Shown here piece after piece: positions 36,301 through 48,300 of a DNA stretch of 64,000 nt. Below the pieces are notes generated by a model. That model did no database searches. It was given only the letters and a program-made list of their open reading frames with translations, and was not told the DNA's origin. The stretch lies in NCBI GenBank assembly GCA_964252035.1, contig OZ176203.1; one strand, given 5' to 3'. The position numbers and the translations under genes were made by a program. Origin of the DNA: Podarcis erhardii. Lineage: Eukaryota. Each line of letters starts with the position of its first letter. Within the stretch, counting starts at the first letter, position 1.

Positions 36301-39300
36301 TATCATATTTGATCGTCAACCGTGGGGCCCTGCAGTAGCCAGAGACAGCTGTAATTTGCAACATTACCCAGAAGATTGATTAGTATGCGAGTTGCAAAAC
36401 CTGGTCTTCCAAGAAAAGGAAAGGAAGCATAAAGTACTCACTGTAAGTTTCTGTATCTTTCCTGCTAGGGAGGAGTGCAGACCCACATGCTGGAAAAGTG
36501 AAGGCCTGAAGCGTATTCTGAGATTTGATTTCTGTCTATCGCAATGTTTCTGAAAAGAAAAGTTGGGGTGTGGCGGAAGACTTTAGTAATGCAGAACAAG
36601 TTAAACGCTATCCTTACGCATGATGACTTAAAAATAAGTGAGCCAAAATATTGTGCAGCGTTCTTGATGCCGGCCTTCCATAGCCCCGTAGTTTTGTTTG
36701 ATGCCTTGCCTTTCATCCAATGAGAAAACAAAACCTTACTGTCACTAAAGGAACAGCACAACCTGCCCACATAAAGATCAAGGACCCTGTGCCAAGGGAT
36801 GAAATATTAACTATCAAGGAAGGCAGTCCACCACCCCGCTCTCATAGCAACCCAACTTCAACAGAAAGCAGGAATTTATCAATAGCAGTCAGTAGACCAA
36901 AGTGGGTTTTACGGTGTGGAAGAAACCAAGAAGGCTGCACCCAGAATGATTCACATCTGTAGCTCAGTATTACAGATCAGTGTTAATGCCAAAGGAATCA
37001 CAACACCCAGATGGCAGGCCACCATAATTACAGTCTATTACAAGAACCATGGTGATGAGTAATTCTGTGCAACTCTTCAGCTAATTTTAGCAGTTATGCC
37101 ATCTGCACAGGCAGTCTGAGACGTGGAACTTTGTTTTTAACATAGTCAAGTGCTCAGGTTTCTTTGGAGGCCATAATAAAATACACCTTTTAGAGATTAT
37201 AGCTCCCCTACAAACAAAAGGCTTTAACTTCTGCTTGCAACCTTTCAAATAAGCATTTTACATCCTCACCAGTCTGAAGAAATTAGAAAATGGTTGTTGG
37301 CCACTACTTTTGTAGCACCCCATTATGTTTAGATTCCACTACTTTTGTAGCACCCCATTATGTTTAGATGGCAGCACCCTTATTTCACAGAGATATCTAC
37401 AATAAAGTGACTTCTTACATTGTTCTTGTTCACATGTAATGCTAAACTAAAGAATGGCTTAGTGTGAACAAGCACACTTGTAGGCTCCTGGAGAGGAAAT
37501 CGTGGCTGTTCTGCTCCTCCCTAGTCAATCCACTGCTGCACTGTGCTGAAATAAGTCATGGTTTGGGTTGGCATGTCATCCAAATCCAGGGCCCTGGCTT
37601 AGCTCCTTCCAGATGAAGCATGAGTTGTAATCAAGGTTTCTCCTATTGTCTAGAACTGGTGGTTCGTCTGGAGAGAGCTAAACCATCAGCCCACGTTCAG
37701 ATGACATGCTAAGCCAGTGATGGAGAACCTGTGCCCTTCCAGATGTTGCTGAACTCTTAATACCTATCAGCCCCCATCAGCATGGTCAATGGTCAGGGAT
37801 GATTAGAGTTGTAGACCAGCAACATCTGGAGGGCCACAGGTTCCTCACCCTTGCACTAAGCCAAGCCATGGCTTTGTTCAGCAGTGCAGTGGTGGAACCA
37901 AAGCAGCCAATCTTCTCTCCATTTGCTCATTCACACTAAGTCGTGGTTTGGCTTTGCATTACATGCAAACCAGGCCATTCACATAAGACAGTATTTATGA
38001 GAAATACTTAACACTCAAAACTTACTGCATCTTTCTCGGGGTTGCAAACTTTCACCCAAAGAATGTGATCCAAGAGCCAGTCAATAGGTTTCTCTTTATA
38101 AAACATAAATATGAACTCTACAATGAGTGTAATATCTGGAGACTGAAACATTTTACCTGGAAATAAAATGAAGTTATATCAGCAGCTATCCAGAGCTTTG
38201 TAAATGCAAATTCAGCCTGCCACCCCCAAAGAGCCACTTTAGCTAGTATGACTAAAAGTAACAGAAATTCCAGAAGCAGGCTATTATATATAAATATCTG
38301 ATGCTCAAAAAACCCTCACCTCTGAAGATTTGATGGGTTGCTTTTTTTAAAGAATCTTAACGCAAACTAGTAAAAGAAAAGATGGCACTCAAAGAATTTG
38401 GGGCAGAAGGTTTGCAGAGACTGAGAATTTTGGAAGAAAGTTGCCCAGATATTCCTTGGTTTATAGGATATTTAACAAAAACTGAACATGTGCTATGTTT
38501 CTCCCCACCCATTTCATGTCTTCAACAATGCTTCTTTTAAAAAATTACAATTCCGAAAAATTGGTCTCCCATAATCTGCACTGAAAATCACATGCCACCC
38601 TTTTGTGGTAGATCTACAGCTCTAATGTTTCCGGTTCCTCATTTAATCTGATCAATAGACATTCTGCACGTACAGGAGCCATAAGACTGCAGTTTAAGCT
38701 TCCCTGTCCACAAACACTGCCCTCTTCACTTCAAAGGTAGGAGCATCGCAATGAGAGCAGAGGAATCTGCCCTCTTCAGTCAAGTGAATACCATATTGAA
38801 AAGGAAAGGACTGATTCACTTCAGTCAAGTGAATACCATATTGAAAAGGAAAGGTTGAAGTCACTGGCTTTGATAAAGGCAGGAAAGCTGTAGTGGGAAA
38901 CCTCTAAAACGAGGGAAGCTCTGCATTGAGCCTAACTTCCACGGGAAATCGTTCGTTTATTTTAAAAATAAAATAAAATAAGTTTTTCACAATTATAACA
39001 AATAGAACATAACAAAAAACAAAAACAAAAACAAAAAATACCATAGAAAATCAATACAATACTAAAAAAACAAAAAAGAGAACCAAGTCCATGGGAAATA
39101 GGTTTAAATTACTGGAGCCCAAATAGAAATTTGTCATGTTCTGAGATGGCAGCCACTGCTATAGAATTATTCTAACTTTCAGCAGCTGGATTCTGTCACA
39201 ACAATCAGCGTGCAACTGAATATGTGGAATTATACAGGGAAAGTCACAAAATTAAAAAAAAATTAAAAACTCACTGTATTTCCATATTTTAAAAGTTGGG

Positions 39301-42300
39301 ACATTTTTGAGGATTCTCTGCCCTAGTTCTGGATTTCTCTTCTTCTTTCCACCCTTCCCTGCACCTGCCCAGCGGCGGAGCAAGCCAATCAGGCACCTGG
39401 GGTGGTGCGCATGCCAGGGCAGGACATTCCGCGGTGCCTCCGAGGAGTCTGCCTGTCTCCTCCCACTCAGCCACCCTACAGCTGAGGGGGAGGTGGCCGG
39501 CAGACCATTTGGAGCAGCACAGAGCCTGCGGGCACCCAAGCCCCGCGTCACCCCAGGAGAGACGCGTGGCTCAGGTGTGCTGCAGGCCCCGCAGTGAGTG
39601 CTGCCCAGCATTTTGTCACCCCCCTCAGTGGGGACACCCGGGGCAGACCACCCCCACTGTACACCCCTTCCTCTGCCCTTTTCAAACCTGCTAAAGAGGA
39701 ATTTCTCTTACCAATGAATCCCAGCTGAGAAAATTCAAGAATCATCCAATCTTCGGATGACAACTGAAGCGCAAAATTTTTTATTGTGCTGAAGTAATTC
39801 TGCTTGACAACAATGTCATCCTCAAGCTAAGGGAGCCAAAGAGCAAGACCAGCAAAAGAAAGAAGAAATGAAATGTGAAAAAGAGTGTGTTAGGCAAACC
39901 ACATTTCAAACTCAAACGTACATTTGAACTTCTTGGGCTGCATCCAACAAATGCATTCCATTAACATAACTTTTATTCCCTCACTTCCCCCCCCCCCACG
40001 CCCCCCCAATGTTCTTGGGAGCACAGAGAGGAGAAGAGGTTACGTTGTAGAAGCAGAAGTCATGGTGTTAATAGAATGACTTTGTTAGATACAACCTCAT
40101 TATTTGCCTCAACTGCAATCACTGGGAGGGGACTGCAAACTATAAATGAAATGGGCAATCATTTTTGAGAGGCTGCAATCCTATACACGGTAAGGGGTAT
40201 ATTGCAAGATGCCTGCCTTTCATTCATGCATTTTTTAAATAAAAAAAAAATGGGCAGCATCCCAGGAACATCATGGGCATCAAAATGCCAGTGCATATTT
40301 TGTTTGAAATTTAATCTAAATTTATCCTTTCCAAGCAAAATCCATTAAAGGGGAAAAAACACCCTACTGTTGTGATATCTGAATGACTTGTTTGCACTAT
40401 TCTAGTCCCTATCTGGAAGTACCCTGAATCTCACTAATTAATTGCAACTCACTTCTGAGCAGGATTGTCCTGTTAACATTAAATGGAAAACAAAAACAAA
40501 AACATGCTTTTGGTGATCAAAACTACATTGCCCATCAACAAGAACATGTCCCATTGCTAACAAGGTTATTTTTTTCTCATTGAGGTTTAACCTTCTTGCC
40601 CTTATGAGAAGTCCATTACTGATGAAATTTTAGGGTTGAAGAGACCCTAAGTTGGTCATCGTCTAAACAGAAATATTTGAGAAGGGTCTGAATCCAACAT
40701 TTGATTCAGTGCAGGCTTCCATGAGAACCATGGACACAAACTTCTCCGATCTCCAGTTGTGACTCCCCCTCTGCCACCGAACATATTGTTCCATGGGTGC
40801 CCCAAACCTCTGGAGTAGAGTTCAAGGGGTGCAAAGGAAGCTGAAGGGGAAAACAGCAAAAATCACCTCCCATGTTTCCACTAATGGAATCCTCCAAAAG
40901 ATTAAAAATGCATTCAGTCAACAAGATGGTCACATTCGGAAACAACACAACACCTCCAATATTATTTCTTTCCATGGTGCCAAACTAGAGACTGCATGAC
41001 CACACAGCCATGCCTTTAAAATCCACCTACACAGTTAGATTTATCACATGGAATAACACTGGTGGAACAATATCAACAGAGAGGGGTTTTTTATGAGAGA
41101 CAGCATTTTTAAAACAAAAACAACCCTGCACAATAGGTTTCTTAAAAGCTGTTTATTGTACAGGGACACAGTTATATAAGGATGTTATCTGGGATCTAAT
41201 AAACTTCCAAAAAGCTTGTGCATGTGAAAAGGGAATACCAGGGGGGGGAAACCCAAATAGTGCAGGAATTATCATGTCAGACATTGACTCTATCCATTTC
41301 TCATTGCAATCCCATCTTTTATGTGCAGATAGGATATGGAATGGCTGGCTTTATGCAGGGGCAAGGCACTGCAGGAGAATCACTTAAAGGATAAAATGTG
41401 TTATTTCCAAATTTACTTTGATGATGTAGGATCGAAGGCAGAGCTGGAAAAAAAACATTTGTGCAGCTCTGTAGTTATTACAGGCTTTTGCTCTTACTGT
41501 AAATCCTATTCAGGCAAGAAATGACGCAGCTGCTCAATTTTACAGGAGCAAATTAGATTCACTGAATTAGAGTCAGCTACTTAGACAGTGTGTGAAACTA
41601 AGCATGTGCATATCAATCTTGGTCTTATTGCAGCCATATGTAACGAACTAAACCATATTTGCAAAGCATCACCTTGGCAATTACAGCTGTTTCTAAAGTA
41701 ATAGCAACCAAATCTGGAAAGAATCTTAGCATCATTTCTTAACAATAAAAAAAAACCCAACAATATTTAACTAAGGCATTTTATATTTTAAATTAAAACA
41801 TTTAAAGGGAAAACACAACTACAAATCACCTTACTTGTTTTAGCTCTATTTTCCTAAAAAGTTATGATTTACATACCCATCATCTTTAGCTGGCTTGGCT
41901 TTTTGTTTGTTTGGTCTATCTATCAAACACTTATAATCAATTCCCATATACTATGCCAACACTGCAATTCAACTAAATAACTGTTCTTATTCTGATTACA
42001 AGAGCACAGGACATGTCTTGGATACTAGTTTTCACCATTCAAAGTAAAACAACAACAACAACAACAATTTACCTGAATATAGTAAACACCCTTTTTCTGT
42101 GCATACATCATAAGGAAACAATAATCCAGATTCTGCTTTGTCCGCCATCTGAAATTAAATACAGTTAGTTTTCTAAACTAAGCATCTCAGTAAGCAATGA
42201 AGGCATATACAGGGTTTCAGGAGGTAGCATTCTTATCATGGTGGTGAACCCTGAAGTCCTCTTTGGAGTCACCATTTGGGGAGCTGACCTGCCAGAAGCA

Positions 42301-45300
42301 ATGTAGTCTGCCCTTTCAGTTGTTTCATTGCAGGATTCTCCCACCAAGCCAAGTGCTGTCAAGCTGTGGCCTGCTACAAGCCATCTTACCAAGCAGTCCC
42401 ACAAAGAAGCAGCAAGATTTCAAGTACCTATTTGTTTTCCCTGTAGGGTGAACATCATGGAGAGGGAATTTCAAAACCAGGAGAACAGCATGGTGCAGAG
42501 AAATTAACTTTTTCCCCTATGGAGGCAATCTGAGTATTTCACCCCCAGTTACTATTAATACTAGGGGGCGGGGGAACATGGCAGTTTCCATTTATGAAAT
42601 TTCCATGTCCTAAATTTTCAATGCACTCTACAATCTACAATGAATGAAGTTGTTATTCCCCAGTACCCTGAGAAATTCTTACCTGACTCTTTCTTTTGAG
42701 TCTCCAAACGTCTCTTTTAGGTTTGTCAAGTCAGGATAGTAGGTTGCAGGTGGAGCTATTACTTCCACCAAGCCAGAACTGATTTCTTTAGAAAACCTGT
42801 ATTCAGAAAGTTAAAAATTGTCATTATATTCTATTCTAGGAAACGCTGCACTCCAAAAACCCAATGTGGTGATCAAATGTTGGAGCTGGATTGTTCAGTC
42901 ACAGTGCTCACCCAGTAGCACCGGGCGAATTAGTATCAGCCTAATCATATTGTGGCCAAGTTAATATCAGCTTAACCCAGGCAAAGGCAAACTCGGCTCT
43001 CCAGATGTTTTGGGACTACAACTCCCATCATCTCTGACCACTAGTCCTGTTAGCTAGGGATGATGGGAGCTGTAGTCCCAAAACATCTGGAGGGCTGGGT
43101 TTGCCTATGCCTGGCTTAACCACTAATGTAGATTTCATTTATAAAGTGATATGTACAGGTTGGGGTCCAAAGGCCGTGAGGTGACTTCTGTGTGATCTCT
43201 CCCTTCCACAAAACCTCCCTATGTCCCTTGAAAATCCCACTGGCATAGAATGCAACAATGCACAAGCAGCTGCAACTAGCAAGAACTGGCAGCCAGGTCT
43301 TCTACAAAAGCAGAAATTGCTTTAAGGTCTGGCCTTAATTCTCATAATCTATTATTTAAAACCACAATATGCATTAACTTCTTAAGTATGCAAGTAGCTG
43401 CTTCTATACATCAGCGCTAGCATAGCAGCTTTAGCATAGGTGCTTTGCAATCCATTTATTTCATGCCAACATAATCCGTTTATGACAGACTGAACCTTTT
43501 AATCCCATTTGCTGTTTTGCAAGTTGAGACCATCTAATTGCTCCATGCAATTTACCACAGTATGCAACCCATGCATATGAAGAAAACTATTACTAAAACT
43601 GAAATAAACAATGGATAAACAATGAAATAAACTTACTCCTTTTCTAGGCTTGCTACAACGCCATTTACATAATCAAGATCTGTCTAGGGGGAGAAAAAGA
43701 GGCATTTTAAAGCAACATTTTTGAACCAAGTATAACAAATTAAATGATTGTATAATTTCTACAGCATTTTTTCAAAAATTCAAGTAGCAGTGAAGTGGCT
43801 TAGAAATTATTTAAATCAGTGTTTCCCAACCGGTGTTCCGCAGCACACTAGTGTGCCGCGAGACGTTGCCTGGTGTGCCGTGGGAGGGAGGCGGGCGAGT
43901 CGGGCGGCGAGAGGCGGGGCGGCGGCGGCGAGCACATGCGGGGCGGCGAGCGAGCTCCCTCCCACATCCCATCGCCGCTCGCTTCGGCCGGCCGCCCCGT
44001 GCTCCGCGCTGGTGTTGGCCAGCCTTGCGCACCCGGGGGATCTCCCCCCGAGAGCGCAAGGCTTGCGAGCGGCAGCCGGCAGCACGGAGCACGGGGCGCC
44101 CTTCGGAGGCCATTCCGTGCTCCGCGCTGTTGTTGGCCAGCCTTGCGCACCCGGGGGATCTCCCTCCCCCGTGAGCGGAAGGCTTGCCGGTGGCAGCTGG
44201 CAGCGCGGAGCACGGGGCGCCCTTCGGAGGCCGCCCCGTGCTCCGCGCTGGTGTTGGCCAGCCTTGCGCACCCGGGGGATCTCCCCCCGAGAGCTCAAGG
44301 CTTGCGGGCGGCAGCTGGCAGCGCGGAGCACGGGGCGCCCTTCGGAGGACGCCCCATGCTCCGCGCTGGTGTTGGCCAGCCTTGCGCACCCGGGGGATCT
44401 CCCCCCGAGAGCGCAAGGCTTGCGGGCGGCACCTGGCAGCGCGGAGCACGGGGCGCCCTTCGGAGGCCATTCCGTGCTCCGCGCTGGTGTTGGCCAGCCT
44501 TGCGCACCCGGGGGATCTCCCCCCGAGAGCGCAAGGCTTGCGGGCGGCAGCTGGCAGCGCGGAGCATGGGGCGCCCTTCGGAGGACGCCCCGTGCTCCGC
44601 GCTGGTGTTGGCCAGCCTTGCGCACCCGGGGGATCTCCCCCCGAGAGCGCAAGGCTTGCGGGCGGCAGCTGGCAGCGCGGAGCACGGGGCGCCCTTCGGA
44701 GGCCATTCCGTGCTCCGCGCTGGTGTTGGCCAGCCTTGCGCACCCGGGGGATCTCCCCCCGAGAGCGCAAGGCTTGCGGGCGGCACCTGGCAGCGCGGAG
44801 CACGGGGCGCCCTTCGGAGGACGCCCCGTGCTCCGCGCTGGTGTTGGCCAGCCTTGCGCACCCGGGGGATCTCCCCCTGGGAGCGCAAGGCTTGCGGGCG
44901 GCAGCTGGCAGCGCGGAGCACGGGGCGCCCTTCGGAGGACGCCCCGTGCTCCGCGCTGGTGTTGGCCAGCCTTGCGCACCCGGGGGATCTCCCCCCGGGA
45001 GCGCAAGGCTTGCGGGCGGCAGCTGGCAGCGCGGAGCACGGGGCGCCCTTCGGAGGACGCCCCGTGCTCCGCGCTGGTGTTGGCCAGCCTTGCGCACCCG
45101 GGGGATCTCCCCCCGAGAGCGCAAGGCTTGCGGGCGGCAGCTGGCAGCGCGGAGCACGGGGCACCCTTCGGAGGCCGACCCGTGCTCCGCGCTGTTGTTG
45201 GCCAGCCTTGCGCACCCGGGGGATCTCACCCCGGGAGCGCAAGGCTTGCGGGCGGCAGCTGGCAGCGCGGAGCACGGGGCGCCCTTCGGAGGACGCCCCG

Positions 45301-48300
45301 TGCTCCGCGCTGGTGTTGGCCAGCCTTGCGCACCCGGGGGATCTCCCCCCGAGAGCGCAAGGCTTGCGGGCGGCAGCTGGCAGCGCGGAGCACGGGGCGC
45401 CCTTCGGAGGACGCCCCGTGCTCCGCGCTCGTGTTGGCAAGCCTTGCGCACCCGGGGGGCGCGGGGGGCGCCCTGAAACAGAGGGTTCCCCATGCTGCGG
45501 ACTGTAGCCTGCCGCCCGACGCGCGGGGCGCCCTGAAGCAGAGCGCCCCTCGCGCCAGGCAGACATGGGCCAGCCCCACAAGCTCGGGGGACAGCGGGGA
45601 GGCGCAGCACCGCCATCCCACTGTTCCCCGACCTGGTTTTGGGGGGGGGAATAAAGGAAAAAAAATTTTCCTTTATTTCCCCCCCCCCCCAAAAAAAAGT
45701 AGGTGCGTCCTATGGGACGGAGCGTCCTATGGGACGAAAAATACGGTACTTACTATTTCATAATAAAGTAATTATAAAATACTTTCTTTGTGTTTATTTG
45801 ATGCCTATTAAAGAGAGTTACTTTATATATAGTCAATATAGGCACAGAGTTAATTTTTTAAACATTTTCTAATGGTGGTGTGCCTCGAGATTTTTTTCAT
45901 GAAACAAGTGTGCCTTTGCCCAAAAAAGGTTGGGAAACACTGATTTAAATACATAAATTAATTATTAATGTTCATCAAAAAGTTAGCATGACAGAGGTCA
46001 CAAAATGTGTCCATTCAAACACAGAATAGTAAGGGGTTGATTTCAATCTCGTACACTGGCCAGCACAATTTTTAATTCAATTCAGAAAATTGTGTTTATG
46101 AATTTACTACATTCACGTCAAGTTAAGCAAATCCCAGTGTTACGGCCTTCAGTGAGAATAGAGCCTATGTGGTGGTATAATAACCATGGCCATTATCAAC
46201 TGTGAATGACACATGTATCTTTAAAGCAATGCTCTCCATGGCTAAATAAAAAAACATAAGGGATAGGGAAAGGTTCCAGTCCCTGCTTCTATGTATGTTG
46301 TTGAGAAAAACAGTAATTTAAAACTAGGATGATCAAGGGTCTAGAAGCCAAGTCCTATGAGGAATGGTTGAAGAAGCTGGGTATGTTTAGCCTGGAAAAG
46401 AAGAGACTGAGAGGAGATACAATAGCCATCTTCAAATATCTCAAGGGCTGTCACATGGAAGATGGAGCAAGCTTGTTTTCTCCTGCTCTGGAAGGTAGGA
46501 CTCGAACTGATGGCTCACAGAAACTCCTTGGAACCTAAGTCTCACTCCTGTCCCCTTTTCCACCTTCCCCAGGTTGCTTCTCCCACTTACAGAAACAATG
46601 GATATGTACATTTGTGTCATCACGTCTTGGCAGTCACACAAAAATTAGTTTCTGAACGGATCTGGGGAATGAAGAGGCTTTTATCCTGCTCTATATAAAT
46701 GTCAAATCTGAATTTACCCCAAGGGTACAGAAAAATCTCTCCAAATCCATTAGAAAAGCACGTAGCTCAAATGGTTGCTAAACTACTGTACACTGCTTAA
46801 GCCACCATGGTAGTTTTTGATACATTTGCTCTACATGCAATCTGTAGGGTTTTTCATGTTGTATATTTAGATTGTTTTATAACTTTAAAGGCAGTATGTA
46901 TTAACATATTTGCACTGTGAAGCGACCTTTACCTTACCTTGCAGTCTAACACACCATTCTAATAAAAAAGGCATCGCTTTTGCTTACTCTGAGTGTCTCA
47001 GTGCCAACAAACCACCACCCTGCAATAATCTACCTCTGAAGGCAGCCTAAGAAAAGCAACAAATACAGAATGTTCCCTGCCCTTCTTGTGCTAACTTCAA
47101 CAAACTGACCTGCACTTCTTTCCATCCTGCACGAAAGTTCCAACAAAGCATTGGAAAATAAAATGTGGTTCAATACATACCAGCCAGAGTTTTTCCTTTT
47201 GACTGATCATATGTAAAACTATAAACAGCTAAAAGCTGAATTTTTACAGACACAAGCAAAGTGCTAAAATGAATAATCAGAAATATCTCACTTGTCTACA
47301 ATACACATCTACCTTGCAAGTGCTCTCATCTCTGAAGTATGGTGCTAAGAGAATTGCAGTAGGAAACTGACTCACAAAGCCTCTCCTGTATTTCACACAT
47401 GTTTTTTTACCATGCACAGAGCCCATGAGTTATCCTCTGGTTTCACATTGTTTTGTGTACCAAGCTCTCTTTGGAAGCTGTGTGGTCTTCCCAGTTCCTG
47501 TTTTGGATGCCCTGCTTCATAGATCTATGAAATCAATTGCATTACATCAGTTGTAACAGCAAAAAAGTGGTATCTAGGGGGCTAAATAGGGACGCAGGTG
47601 GCGCTGTGGGTTAAACCACAGAGCCTAGGACTTGCCGATCAGAAGGTTGGCGATTCAAATCCCCGTGACGGGGTGAGCTCCTGCTGCTCGGTCCCTGCTC
47701 CTGCCAACCTAGCAGTTTGAAAGCACATCAAAGTGAAAGTAGATAAATAGGTACCGCTTCGGCGGGAAGGTAAACAGCGTTTCCGTGTGCTGCTCTGGTT
47801 CGCCAGAAGCGGCTTAGACATGCTGGCCACATGCTGACCCGGAAGCTGTATGCTGGCTCCCTTGGCCAATAAAGCGAGATGAGTGCCGCAACCCCAGAGT
47901 CAGCCACGACTGGACCTAATGGTCAGGGATCCCTTTACCTTTAGGAGGCTAAACGGCATTTTCCTTGGGTAAAAGAACTGTAGAGGTCTGAGTACTGAGA
48001 ACCTGCAGTATCTCCATGATGGAAGTACAGTTCAGGAAAAATACATGCTCCAAATTAGAAATTGGTGCACCGTTTAGAAAGACTGTTTTTGCTTTTTAAA
48101 AAACAAACAAACAAACTTCATACAATAATTCCTCCTTTACATGCAACACAGAAGTGTACTACATCAAATACAGGTTTACATAACTTCCAGACTGACTCTG
48201 TTTCTGCTCCAGGCTCAATGCCAATAGTAGCTTCTGCAGTTAAATAAGCAATATGTAGAGTCACGGCAAACAGTCTTAACCATATATTTGCAGAGCTGGC

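Noticed and set aside
43999-45458. Array as a CRISPR locus
   Set aside because: Units are contiguous with no unique spacers, there are no cas genes and the context is a vertebrate intron.
43999-45458. Array as tandem hammerhead or HDV-like ribozymes
   Set aside because: No CUGANGA / GAAA core on either strand, and I could not build an HDV-type nested double pseudoknot by eye. An Infernal/Rfam scan would be decisive.
43748-45763. ORFs of 400-670 aa in nearly all frames on both strands
   Set aside because: The consensus 118-bp unit contains no TAA, TAG or TGA on either strand. Because 118 is not a multiple of 3, every frame cycles through the same peptide. Most starts are non-ATG and no domain is recognisable.
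47411-47524. 114-nt in-frame cassette exon candidate between MGAT4A exons 5 and 6 ([11 protein letters not shown]...ALCM)
   Set aside because: Phase fits, but the acceptor has almost no pyrimidine tract and the donor (gtaaaa) is weak. It would interrupt the catalytic domain and was found by post hoc searching.
47589-47670. tRNA gene (also at 54884 and 61407)
   Set aside because: A/B-box head of a Sauria SINE; no cloverleaf, and it continues into SINE body and tail.
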